DNA from: the human T2T-CHM13v2.0 reference genome, Homo sapiens
Reading direction: 5' to 3' (one strand)
Assembly: GCF_009914755.1 (NCBI RefSeq)
Contig: NC_060929.1
Length of the DNA stretch: 64,000 nucleotides
Both the position numbers and the translations under genes were made by a program. The stretch's first letter is position 1; every line of letters starts with the position of its first letter. Under the pieces are notes generated by a model. The model did not search any database. It was not told the origin of the DNA and saw nothing but the letters and a program-made list of their open reading frames with translations. Shown here piece by piece: positions 1-15,500 of this stretch.

Positions 1-711
1 TCATCTCACCGATTTAAAACTTTCTGTGGATTCAACAGTTTGTAAAAACTGTTTTTGTACATTTTGTGAATGGACATTTGAGAGCTCATTGCGGTTAATG
101 GTGAAATAGTGAATATGCCAGGATAAAAATTAGAAGTAAGCTATCTGAGAAACCACTTTGTGATGTTTGCATTCATCTCCAAAAGTTACACGTTTCTTTC
201 ATTCAGCAGTTTGGAATCACTCTTTTTACAGTATCTGCAAATGGAAATTTGGGAGCACACTCAGGCCTTTGATATAACAGTAAATATCTTCAGATAAAAA
301 CTAGAAAGAAGCATTTGTCAAACTGCTTTGTGATGTGTGCATTCATCTCACAGAATTATCCTTTCCTTGGATGCAGCAGTTGGGAAACACTGTTTTTGTC
401 CATTCTGCAAATGGACATTTGGGAGCTCCTTGAGGCCAATGGTGAAAAAGCAAATAGTACAGGATGAAAACTAGAAGGAAGCTATCAGAGAAATGGCTTT
501 GTGAAGTGTACATTAGTCTCCTTCAGTTAAAGCTTTTTTTTCATTCAGTAGTTTGGAACACTGTGTTGGTAGACTCTCTGAAGGGATATTTGGGAGTGCA
601 TTGAGGCCTAAGGTGACAAAGGAAATATCTCAGAAAAAAATAGAAAGAAGGTGTTTGCAAAATTGCTTTGTGATGTTGGCATTCATCTCTGAGGGTTAAA
701 TTTTCTTTTCA

Positions 712-2382
<1,671 letters not shown>

Positions 2383-2804
2383 TCATGGAATCTATGAAGA
2401 AATATATTGGAGCACATTGAGACCTATGGTGAAAAAGGAAATATGTTCAGATAAAAACTAGAAGGATACTTTCTGAGAAACAGCTTTTTGATATGTGCAT
2501 TCACCTCACAGAATTAAATGATTCTTTGGATTCAGCAGGTTGGGAACACTGTTGTCCATTCTGTGAATGGACTTTGGGAGCTCTTTTAGGCCAATGGTAA
2601 AAAAGTGAATATCCCAGGATAAAAACTACAAGGAAGCTATCTGAGAAACTGCTTTGAGATGTGTGCATTCATCAGGCAGAGCTAAACTTTTCTTTTCATT
2701 TAGCAGTTTGGAAACACTGTTTTTGTAGAATCTATGAAGGTATGTTTGGGATTGTGTTGAGTCCTATGATGAAAAATGAAATATCTTCAGAAAAAAAACT
2801 GGAA

Positions 2805-3540
2805 AGAATATGCAGTGTTTGTTTTTTTGTTCTTGCGATAGTTTACTGAGAATGATGGTTTCCAATTTCATCCATGTCCCTACAAAGGACATGAACTCAT
2901 CATTTTTTATGGCTGCATAGTATTCCATGGTGTATATGTGCCACATTTTCTTAATCCAGTCTATCATTGTTGGACATTTGGGTTGGTTCCAAGTCTTTGC
3001 TATTGTGAATAATGCCGCAATAAACATATGTGTGCATGTGTCTTTATAGCAGCATGATTTATAGTCATTTGGGTATATACCCTATATACCCAGTAATGGG
3101 ATGGCTGGGTCAAATGGTATTTCCCAGTGCAGATCCCCGAGGAATTGCCACACTGACTTCCACAATGGTTGAACTAGTTTACAGTCCCACCAACAGTGTA
3201 AAGGTGTTCCTATTTCTCCACATCCTCTCCAGTACCTGTTGTTTCCTGACTTTTTAATGATTGCCTATCGCAAGAACAAAAAACCAAACACCGCATATTC
3301 TCACCCATAGGTGGGAATTGAACAATGAGATCACATGGACACAGGAAGGGGAATATCACACTCTGGGGACTGTGGTGGGGTGGGGGGAGGGGGGAGGGAT
3401 AGCATTTGGAGATATACCTAATGCTAGATGACGAGTTAGTGGGTGCAGCGCACCAGCATGGCACATGTATACATATGTAACTAACCTGCACAATGTGCAC
3501 ATGTACCCTAAAACTTAAAGTATAATAAAAAAAAAAAAAA
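2805..3540 (+). mobile_element. L1PA2-like LINE-1, short, 5'-inverted, with poly(A) and TSD
   Basis: Antisense piece 2805-3265, sense 3' UTR 3265-3526, A-tail to ~3540. TSD AAAAAAAACT(G/A)GAAAGAA at 2791-2808 and 3533-3550. The 3' UTR reads CTAGATGACGAGTTAGTGGG and ACTTAAAGTAT (GAG/A alleles, not Ta). Confidence 0.93.
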
Positions 3541-6500
3541 CTAGAAAGAAGCTTTCTGAGAAACTACTTTGTGATGTGTGTATTTATCTCAAAGAGTTAA
3601 ACTTTCTTTGGATTCAGCAGTTTGGAAACACTGTTTTTGTTGAGGATATTTTGGAACTTATTGAGGCCAATGCTGAAAAAGTGAATATCCTAGGAAAAAA
3701 CTGGAAGGAAGGTATCTGAGAAAGCACTTTTTGATATGTGGATTCACATCACTGAGATAAACCATTGTTGTCATTCAGCAGTTTGGAATCATTGCTTTTG
3801 CAGTATCTTCATAGGGAAATTCGGGAGTCTGTTGAGGCCTTTGATTAATTACAAATATTTTCAGATAACAACTAGACCGAAAATTTCTGAGAAACTGCTT
3901 TTTGAAGGGTGTATTCATCTCACAGAGATAAGCTTTTCTTTGGATTCAGCAGTTTGGAAACACTCTTTTTGTCTATTCTGCGAATAGACATTTGGGAATT
4001 CATTGAGGCCATTGGTGAAATAGCAAATATCCCAGGTTAATAACTAGAAGTAAGCTACCTGAGAAATTGCTTTGTGATGTGTGAGTTCACCTCACAGGGT
4101 AAATCTTTTCTTTTAATTCAGCAGTTTGGAAACACTGTTTTGGTAGAAACTGCAAAGGGATATTTGGGAGCACAATTAGGCCTCGGGTGAAAAATGAAAA
4201 AACTTCAGATAAAAACTAGAAAGATTATTTCTGAGAAACTCCTTTTTGATTTGTAAATTCATCTCACAGAGTTAAGACTTTCTTTGGATTCAGCAGTTTT
4301 TAAACACTGGTTTTGTCCATTCTGTGAATGGACATTTGGGAACTCATTGAGGCCAATGGTGAAAAAGGGAATATCCCAGGATAAAAACTAGAAGGAAGCT
4401 ATCTGAGAAACTGCTTTGTGGCCTGTGCATTCATCTCCTAGAGTTAAAACTTTCTTTTCATTCAGCTATTTGGAAACACTGGTTTGGTGGAAACTGTGAA
4501 GGTATATTTTGGAGCATATTGAGGCCTATGTTTGAAAAAGTAATTATCCTCAGATAAAAAACAGAAATAAATTTTCTGAGAAACTATTTTGTGATATGTG
4601 CTTTCATCTGAGAGAGATATAAACATTTCTTTGGTTTCAGTAGTTTGGAAACAATGTTTTTGTCTATTCTGCAAGTGGACTTTTGGGAACTCATTGAGGC
4701 CAAGGGCAAAAAAGAGAATATCCCTGGATAAAAACTAGAAGAAAGCTATCTGAGAAACCCCTTTATTATCTGGGCATTCATCTCATGGATTTTAACCTTT
4801 CTTTCCATTCAGCAGTTTGGAAACACTCTTTTTGTAGAATCTTTGAAGGGATATTTTGGAGCACATTGAAGTCTATGGTGAAAAAGGAAATATCTTCAGA
4901 TAAAAACTAGAAAGACGCTTTCTGAGAAACTGCTTTGTGGTGTCTGCATTCATCTGACAGATCTAAAACTTTCTTTGGATTCAGCAGTTTGGAAACAATG
5001 TTTTTGCTAATTCTGCAAATGTACATTTGGGAGCTCATTGAGGCCAATGGTGTAAATGCGAATATCCCAGGATAAAAAATAGAGGAAAGCTATCTGAGAA
5101 ACTGCTTTTTGATGTGTGCATTCATCTCGTGAAGTTTAAACTTTCTTTTCATTCAAAAGTTTGGAAACACTCTTTTGGTAGAATCTGTGAAGGGATATTT
5201 GGGAGCTCATTGAGGCCTTTCTTTAAAAAGGAAATATGTTCTGATAAAAAATATAAAGAAGCTTTCTGATAAACTTCTTTGTGGTGTGTGCATTCATTTC
5301 ACAGAGTTTAACCTTTCTTTGGATTCAGCATTTTGGAATAACTGTTTTTGTCCATTTCGCGAATGGACTGTTTGTTGGGATCTCTTTGAGGCCAATTGTG
5401 AAAAAGCGAATATCCCAGGATAAAAACTTGAAGGAAGTAACCTGATACACCACCTTGTGATGTGTGCATTCATCTCAGATATTTAAATATTTCTTTGGAT
5501 TCAGCAGTTTGGAAACACCATTTTTTTCCATTCTACGAATGGATATTTGGGAGCTCAATGTGGCCAATGGAGAAAAATGGAATATCCTAGGTTAAAAACT
5601 AGAAGGAAACTATCTGAGAAACTGCATTTTGATGTGTGCATTCATGTCACAGAGTTAAACCTTTCTTTCATTCAGCAGTTTGGAAACACTGCTTTGGTAG
5701 AATCTCGAAGGGATATTTCAGAATGCATTGAGGACTTTGGTGAAAAAGGAAATGTCAGACAAAAACTAGAAAGAAGCTTTCTGAGAAGCTGCTTTGTCAT
5801 GTGTGCATTCATCTCACATAGTTAAACCTTTCTTTGGATTCATCTGTTTTGGAATCACTGTTTTTTCCGTTCTGCAAATGGACATTTGGCAACTCATTGA
5901 GGCCAATGGTGAAAAAGTGAATATCCCAGAACAAAAACTAGAAGGAAGCTATCTGAAAAATTGTTTTTTGATGTGTGCATTCATCTCCTAAAGTTAAACC
6001 TTTCTTTTCTTTCAGCAGTTTTGAAACATTGTCTTGGTAGAATCTGCAAAGGGATATTTGGGAGTGCATTGATTCCTGTGGTGAAAAAGGAAATATCTTC
6101 AGATAAAAAATAGAAAGAATCTTTCTGAGAAACTGTATTGTGATGTTTGCATTCATCTCACAGACTTAAACTTTTCTTTGGATGCAGCAGTTTGGAAACA
6201 CCGTTTTGTCTATTCTGTGAATGGACATTTCGGAACTCATTGAGGCCAAAGGTGAAAAACTGAATATCCCAGGATAAAAACTAGAAGGAAGCTATCTGAG
6301 AATAAGCTTTGTGATGTGTGCATTCATCTCACAGAGTTAAGCCTTTCTTTCCATTCAGCAGTTTGGAAACACTGTTTTTTAGAATGTTGGAAGGGATATT
6401 TGGGAGCTCATTGAGACCTATGGTGAAAAAGAAAATATCTTCAGATAAAAAGTGGACAGAAGCTTTCTGATAAACTGCTTTGTGATGTGAGCACTCCTCT

Positions 6501-9500
6501 CACAGAGTTCAACTCTTCTTTTGATTCGACAGTTTGGAAACACTGTTTTTGTCCATTCTCTGAAGGGACATTTTGGAGCTCATTGAGGACAATTGCAATA
6601 AAATGAAGATCTCCCTATAAAAACTAGAAAGAAGCATTCTGAGAAACCCCTTTGTGAGGTGTGCATTCATCTAAAAGAATTAAACCTTTCTGTTCATTCA
6701 GCTGTTTGGAAACACTATTGTTGTAGAATCTGTAAAGGGAATTTTGGGAGCCCATTGAGGCCTATGGTGAAAAAGAAAATATGTTCAGATAAAAGCTAGA
6801 AAGAAGCTTCCTGCGAAACTGCTTTGTGATGTGTGCATTCATATCCCAGATTTAAACCTTTCTTTTGATTCAGCAGTTTGGAAACGCAAATTTTTTTCAA
6901 TTCTGCTTATGAGCATTTGGGAGCTCATAGTGGTTAATGGTGAAAAAGTGAATATATTAAGATTAAAAAAAGAAGATATCTATCTGAGAAACCACTTTGT
7001 GATGTGTGCTTTCATCTCACAGAATTAAACCTTTCTTTTCATTCAGTAGTTTGGAAACACTGTTTTTGTAGTATCCATGAATGGATATTTAGGAGAGCAT
7101 TGAGGACTATGGTGAAAATATATTCAGATAAAAATTAGAAAAAAGCTGTCTGAGAAACTGATTTGTGTTGTGTGCATTCACCTCACAGAGTTAAACCATT
7201 CTTTTGATTCAGCTGTTTGGAAACACTGTTTTTGTCTATTCTGCGAATGGACATTTGGGAGCTCATTGAGACCAATGGCAAAAAAGTGAATATCCCAGGA
7301 TAAAAACTAGAAGGAAGCTATCTGAGAAACTACTTTGTGAGGTGTGCATTCATCTTGTAGTGTTAAACCTTTATTTTCATTCAGCAGTTTGGAAACACTG
7401 TTTTTGTAGAATCTGCAAAAAGATATTTTGGAGTGCTTTGAGGCTTATGGTGAAAAAGAAAATATGTTCAAATAGAAACTAGAAAGAAGCTTTCTGAGAA
7501 ATGTCTTTGTGATGTGTGCATTCATATCAGAGAGTCAAACCTTTCTTTTGATGCTGCAGTTTGGAAATACTATTTTTGTCAATTATGTGTATGAGCATTT
7601 GTAAGCTCATTGAGGCTAATGGCAAAAAAGGGAATATCCCATGATAACAACTAGAAGGAAGCTAGCTGGGAAACGGCATTGTGATGTGTGCATTCATCTC
7701 ACAAAGTTAAACTTTTCTTTTCATTCAGCAGTTTGGAAAAACAATTTTGGTAGAATCTGTGAAGGGATATTTGGGAATGCATTGAGGCTTATGGTGAAAA
7801 AGGAAATATCTTCATGTATAAAATAGAAAGAAGCTTTCTGAAAAACAGCTTTATGATGTTGCATTCATCACAGAGTTAAACATTTATTTTGATTCAGCAG
7901 TTTGGAAACGCTGTTTTTGACCATTCTGAGAATGGACATTTGGGAACTCATTGAGGCCAATGGTGAAAAAACGAATATCCCAGGATCCAATCCAGAAGGA
8001 AAGTATCTGAGAATCCGCTTTGTGATGTGTGCATTCATCCTGTAGCATTAAACATTTCTGTTGATTCAGTAGTTTGGAAACACTGTTATTGTACAAACTG
8101 TGAAAGGTATTTGGGACTGCCTTGAGGCCTATGGAGAAATAGAAAATATCTTCCAATCAAAACTAGAAAGAATCTTTCTGAGAAATTGCTCTGTGATGTG
8201 TGCATTCATCTAACAGAGTTAAAACTTTCTTTAGATTCAGCAGTTTGGAAACTGTTTCTGTCCATTCCGTGAATGGACACTTGGGAACTCTTTGAGGCCC
8301 ATGGCGAAAAAGCAAATATCCCAGGATTAAAAACTAGAAGGAAGCTATCTGAGACTGGTCTATGATGTGTGCATTTTTCTCAGAGACTTAAAAATTTCTT
8401 TTCACTCAGCAGTTTGGAAAGACTGTTTTGGTAGAATCTGTGAAGAGATAGATATTTGGGAGCACATTGAGGCATATGGTGAAAAAGGAAATAACTTCAG
8501 ATAAGACTAGAAAGAAGATTTTGGAGAAATTGCTTTGTGATGTGTGCCTTCACTTCACAGAGTTAAACATTTATGTGAATTCTGCAATTTGGAAACACTG
8601 TTTTTGTCCATTCTGCACATGGACATTTTGGAGTTCATAGAGGCCAAAGGCAAAAAAGCAAATAACCCAGGATAAAAACTAGAAGGAAGCAATCTGAGAA
8701 ACTGCTGTATGATGTGTGCTTTCATATCCTGAAGTTAAACCTTTCTTTACATTCACCAGTATGGAAACACTGTTTTTGCAGTATCAGTGAAGGGAAATTT
8801 GGGAGCACATTAAGGCCTTTGATAAAATAGAAAATATCTTCAGATAAAAACTAGAAAGAAGTTTGAGAGAAAGTCTTTGTGACACGTGCATTCATCTCAG
8901 AGAGATAAAAATTTCTTTGGATTCAGAAGTTTGGAAACTGTTTTTGTCCATTCTGCAAATGAACATTAGTGAGCTCATTGAGGCCAAAGGCCAAAAAGGG
9001 AATATCCCAGGATAAAAACTCGAAGGAAGCTATCTCCGAAACCACTTTGTGATGTGTGCATTCATCTCAGAGAGCTAAACCTTTATTTTCATTCAGCAGT
9101 GTGGAAACACTGTTTTGGTAGAATCTGCGATGGTATATTTGGGAGCCCAATGAGGCCGATGGTGAAAAAGGAAATATCTTCAAATAAAAACTAGACAGGA
9201 ACTTTCTGAGAAAGCATTTTGGAAACACTGTTTTGGTAGAATCGGTGAAGGGATATTTTGGAGGGCATTGAGGCCCATGGAGAAAAATGAAATATCTTCA
9301 TATAAAAATTAGAAAGAAGCTGTCTGAGAAACTGCTTTGTGATGTGTGCATTCATCTCACAGAGTTAAGCATTTCTTGTGAATCAGAGGTTTGGAAACAC
9401 TGTCTTTGTCCATTCTGCAAAAGGACATTCCAAAACTCATTGAGGCCAAAGGAGAAAAAGTGAATATCCCAGGATAAAAACTAGAAAGAAGCTGTCTAAG

Positions 9501-12500
9501 AATACACTTTTTGATTTCTGCATTCAACTCCTAGAGGTAAACCTTTCTTTGAATTCAGCAGTGTTGAATCACTGTTTTTGCAGTATTTGCAAAGGGCAGT
9601 TTTTGAGCACTTTGAGGCCTTTAGTGAACTAGGAAATATCTTCAGATAAAAACTAGAAAGAAGATTTCTGAGAAACCACTTTGAGATGTGTGCATTCATC
9701 TCCTAGAGTTCAACCACTCTTTTCATTCAGCAGTTTGGAAACACTATTTTTATAGAATCTGCAAAGGAATATTTTGAAATTCATTGAGGCCAAAGGTGAA
9801 AAGGTGACTATCCCAGGACAAAAACTACAAGGAAGCTGTCTGAAAAACCGCTTTGTGATGTGTGCATTCATCTGACAGACCTAAACCTTTCTTTTAATTC
9901 AGTAGTTTGGAAACACTGCTGTGGTAGAATCTGTGAAGGCATATTTGGGAGTGCATCGAGGCCTATGGTAAAAAAGGAAATATTTTCAAATAAAAACTAG
10001 AAAGAAACTTTCTGAGAAATTGCTTTGTGATGTGTGCATTCATCTTACAGAGTTATACTATTCTTTGGATTCATCTGTTTGGCAACGCTGTTTTTGTCCA
10101 TTCTGCGAATGGATGTTTGGGAACTCTTTGAGGCCAACGGTGAAAAAGCAAATATCCCAGGATAAAAACTAGAAGGAAGCTACCTTAGAAACCACTTTGT
10201 GATGTGTGCTTTAATCTAGAGTTAAAACTTTCTTTTCATTCAGCAGTTTGGAAACACTGTTTTATTACAATCTGCAAAGGGAAATTTGGGAGTGCATTGA
10301 GGCCTTTGATGAAACAGGAAATAGCTTGAGATAAAAACTAGAAAGAAACTTTCTGAGAAACTGCTTTGTGATGTGTGCATTCATCTAACAGATTTAAACA
10401 TTTCTTTGGATTCAGCAGTTTGGGAACACTGTTTTTGTCCATTCTGCGAATGGACTTTTGGGAGCTCATTGAGGCCAGTGGCAAAAAAGTGAATATCCCA
10501 AGTTAAAAACTAGAAGGATGCTATCTGAGAAAGCACTTTTTGATGTGTGCATTCATCTTACACAGCTAAACCTTTCTTTTCATTCAGCAGTTTGGAAACA
10601 CTGTTTTGGTAGAATCTATGAAGGGATATTTGGGAGCACATGGAGGCCTATGGTGAAAAAGGAAATATCTTCAGATAAAAACCAGAAAGACTCTTTCTGA
10701 GAAAATACTTTGTGATATGTGCATTCATCTCACAGAGTAAGCATTTCTTTTGCTTTAGCAGTTTGGAAACACTGTTTTAGTCCACTCTGTGAATGGACAT
10801 ATGGGAACTCTTTGAGTCCATGGTGAAAATCGAATATCCCTGGATAAAAACTAGAATTAAATTATCTGAGAAACAACTTTGTGATGTGTGCATTCATCTC
10901 CTAGGGTTAAACATTTCTTTTAACTCAGCAGTTTGAAAACACTGATGTGCTATAACCTGCAAAGGGATATTTGGGAGTGCACTGAGTCTTATGGTGAAAA
11001 AGGAAATATCTTCAGATAAAAACTAGAAAGAAGATTTCTGAGAAACTGCTTGGTGATATGTGCATTCATCTCACAGAGTTAAACCTTTGTTTTGATTCAG
11101 TAGTTTGGAAACACTGTTTTTGTCCATTCTGTGAATGGACATTTGGAAACTCATTGAGGCTAATGGCAAATATCCCAGGATAAAAACTAGAAGGAAGCTA
11201 TCTGAGAAACTGCTTGTGATGTTTGCATTCATCTCCCACAGTTAAACCATTCTTTTCATTCAGCAGTTTGGAACCACTTTTTTTACAGTATCTGCGAAGG
11301 GAAATTTTGGAGCACATTGAGGCCTTTGATGATAAAGGAAATATCTTCACAGAAAAACTAGAAATATTTTTTCTGAGAAACTGCTTTGTAATGTCTGCAT
11401 TCATCTCATGGACTTTAACATTTCTTTGTATTCAGCCATTTGGAAACATTTTTTTTTCCATTCTGTGAATGGACATTTGGGAACTCACTGAAGCTAATGG
11501 AGAAAAAGGGAATACCCCAGGATGAAAACTGGAAATAAGCTATCTGAGAAACTGCTTTTTGATGTGTGCATTCGTCACCAAGAGTTCAACATCTCTTTTC
11601 ATTCAGCAGTTTGGAATCACTGGTTTTGCAGTATCTGCGAAGGGATATTTGGGAGTGCAATGAGGCCTTTGATGAAATAGGAAATGTCTTCAGATAAAAA
11701 CTAGAAAGACGCTTTCTCAGAAACTGCTTTGTGATGCGTGAATTTATCTCACAGACTTAACATTTCTTTGGATTCAGCAGTTTCAACATACTGTTTTTGT
11801 CCATTCTGTGAGTGGACATTTCAGAACTCATTGAAGCCTTTGGTGAAAAAGTGAATATCCCAGTATAAAAAGTAAAAAGAATCGATCTGAGAATCTGCTT
11901 TGTGATGCTTGCATTCATCTCTTTGAGTTTAAAACTTTCTTTTCATTTAGCAGTTTGGGATCACTGGTTTTGAAATATCTGTGAAGGGAAATTTTGGAGC
12001 ACATTGAGGCCTTATATGAAAAAGGAAATATCTCCGATAGAAATAAGAAAAAATATTTCTGAGAAACTGCTTTGGGATGCATGCATTCATCTCACAAATT
12101 TAAACACTTTTTTGGATTCAGCAGTCTGGTAACACTGTTTTTGTGCATTCTGTGAATGGACATTTGGAAGCTCATTGAGACCAATGGTGAAAAAGGAAAT
12201 AACCTAGGATAAAAACTAGAAGGAAGCTATCTGAGAAACACTTTGAGATGCATGCTTTCATCTTGCAGAGTTAAACCTTTCTTTTCATTCAACAGATTGG
12301 AAACACTGTTTTGGTAGAATCTACAAAGGGATATTAGGGAGTGCATTTAGGCCAATGGAGAAAAAGGAAATAGCTTAAGATAAAAATTAGAAAGAAGCTT
12401 TCTGAGAAACTGCTAAGTGATGTGTTCATTCATCTCACAGAGTTAAACTTTTCTTTGGGTTCAGTAGCTTGGAAACACTGTTTTGTCCATTCTGCGGCTG

Positions 12501-15500
12501 GACATTTAGGAGTTAATTGAGGCCAATGATGAAAAAGTGAATATCACAGGATAAGTAGTAGAAAGAAGCTATCTGAGAAACCACTTTGTGAAGTCTGCAT
12601 TCATCTCCTAGATTTAAACACTTCTTATCATTCACCAGTTTGGAATCAGTTTTTGCAGTATGTGTGAGGGAAATTTGGGAGCGCATTGAGACCTTTGATG
12701 AAATAGGAGATATCTTCAGATAAAAAAAAGAAAGAATCTTTCTGAGAAACTGCTCTGTGATGTTTGCATTCATCTCACAGACTTAAGCATTTCTTTGTAT
12801 GCAGCAGTTTGGAAACACTGTTTTTGTGCGTTCTGCAAATGGACATTTGGGAGCTCATTGAGGCAAGTGGTGAAAAAGGGAATACACTGGGATAAAAACT
12901 AGAAGAGGCTATGTGAGAAACACTTTGGGAAGTGTGCCTTTATCTTGCCGTCTTAAAACTGTCTTTTCATTCAACAGTTTGGAAACACTGTTTTGGTAGA
13001 ATCTACAAAGGGATATTAGGGAGCGCATTTAGGCCAATGGTAAAGAAGGAAATAGCTTCAGATAAAAATTAGAAAGAAGCTTTCTGAGAAACTGCTATGT
13101 GATGTGTGCATTCATCTTGCAGAGATAAAGCTTTCTTTGGATTCAGCAGTTTGGAAACACTGTTTTCGTCCATTCGGTGAATGGACATTTGGGAACTCAT
13201 TGAGGCCAATAGCAAAAAAGCAAATATCCCAGGATAAAAACTAGAAAGAAGCTATCTGAGGAAGCACTTTGTGATATGTGCTTTCAACTTCTAGAGTTAA
13301 ACCTTTCTTTTCATTCAGCAGTTTGTATACACAGTTTTGGCAGAATCTGTGAAGGGATATTTGGGAGCACTTTGAGGCCTATGGTGAAAAAGGAAATATC
13401 TTCTGAAAAATGAGAAAGAAGCTTTCTGAGAAACTACTTTGTGATGTGTGCATTCATCTCAGAGTTAAAAATCTCTTTGGATTCAGCAGTTTGGAAACAT
13501 TGCCTTTGTCCCTTCTGTGAATGGATATTTGGGAGCTCATTGAGGCCAAAGCAAAAAAGCGAATATCCCAGGTAAATACTAGAAGGAAGCTTTGTAAGAA
13601 ACTGCACTGTGATGTGTGCATTCATCTTGCAAAGTTAAACTTTTCTTTCACTCAGCAGTTTGGAAACACTGTTTTGGTATAATCTGTGCAGGGATATTTA
13701 GGATTGCCTTGAGGTTTATGGTGAAAAAGGAAATATCTTCAGATAAAAACTAGAAAGAAGCTTTCTGAGAAACTGCTGTATCGTGCGAATTCATCTCACA
13801 GAGTTAACCTTTCTTTGGATTCAGCAGCTTTGACACACTCTTTTTGTCCATTCTGCAAATGCACATTTGGGAACTCATTGAGGCTGATGCAAAGCAGCAA
13901 ATATCCCAGGATAAAAACTAGAAGGACACTATCTGAGAAACTGCTTTCTGATATGTGCATTCATTTCCTAGATTTAAACTTTTCTTTTCATTCAGCAGTT
14001 TGGAAACACTGTTTTGGTAGAATGTTCGCAGGTATATTTGGGAGCACATTGAGGCCTATGGTGAAAAAGGAAATATCTTTGGATAAAAACTATAATCTTT
14101 TTGAGAAACTGCTTTTTGAAGTTTGCATTCATCTCACAGAGTTAAACCTTTCTTTTCATTCAACGGTCTGAAAACACTGTTTTTGTCCATTCTGTGAATG
14201 GATATTTGTGATCTCATTGAGACCGATGGTGAAAAAGCAAAATTCCCAGGAAAAATAATAGAGCAAATCTATCTGAGAAACCACTTTTTTGATGTGTGCA
14301 TTCATCTCACAAAGTTAAAACTTTCTTTCGATTTAGCAGTTGGTAAAAACAGTTTTTATCTATTCTGAAAATGGATATTTTGGATCTCATTTAGGCCAAT
14401 GGCAAAAAAGGAAAGATCCCAGGATAAAAATTAGAAGGAAGGTATCTGAGAAACTGCTTTGTGATGTGTGCATTCTTCTCACAGAGTTAAACCTTTCTTA
14501 TCACTCAGCAGTTTGGAAATGCTGTTTTGCTCTAATCTGTGAAGAGATATTTGGGAGCTTGTTGAGGCCTGTGATTAAAAAGGAAATATCTTTGGATAAA
14601 ATCTAGAAAGGAGCTTTCTGAGAAACTGCTTTCTTATGTGTGAATTCATCTCACAGAGTTAAACTTTTCTTTGAATTCATCTGTTTGGAAACACTGTTTT
14701 TGTCCATTCTGCAAATGGACATTTGGAAACTCATTGAGGCCAATGGCAAAAAAGTGAGTATCTCAGAAAAAAAATTAGAAGGAATCTCTCTGAGAAACCA
14801 CTTTGTGATGCGTGCATTCATCTCTGAGAGCTAAACCTTTCTTTTCATCCAGCATTTTGGAATCACTGTTTTTGCAGTATCTGCAGAGGGAAAGTTGGGA
14901 GGGCAATGAGGCCTTTGATGAAGTAGGAAATATCTTCAGATAAAAACGAAAAATAAGTTTTCTGAGATTATGCTTTGTGAAGTGTGCATTCATCTCACAG
15001 AGTAAATGTTTCTTTGCATTCAGCAGTTTGGAAACATTGTTTTTGTCCATTCTGTGAATGGATATTTGGGAGGTCATTGAGGTCAATGGGGAAAAAGTGA
15101 ATATCCCAGGATAAGTACTAGAAGGAAGTGGTCTGAGAAGCCATGCTGTGTTGTGTGCATTCATCTTGCAGATTTAAACTTTTCTTTTCACTCAGCCATT
15201 TGAAAGCACTGTTTTTGTAGAATCTGTGATGGGATACCTGGGAACACATTGAGGCCTATGGTAAAATAGGAAATATCCTCAGATAAATACTATAAAGAAG
15301 CTTTCAGAGAAGCTGCTTTGTGATGTGTGCATTCATCTCAGACTTAAAACTTTCTTTGTATTCATTTGTTCAGAAATACTGCTTTTGCCCATTCTGTGGA
15401 TGGACATTTGGGAACTAATTGAGGCCATTGTTGAAAAAGTGAATATCCCAGGATAAAAACACAAGGAACCTCTCTGAGAAACCACTTTGTGATGTGTGCA

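Noticed and set aside
9200-9235. Truncated monomers (also ~31960, ~32085, ~52770, ~57880)
   Set aside because: Isolated small indels are expected in decaying monomeric satellite.
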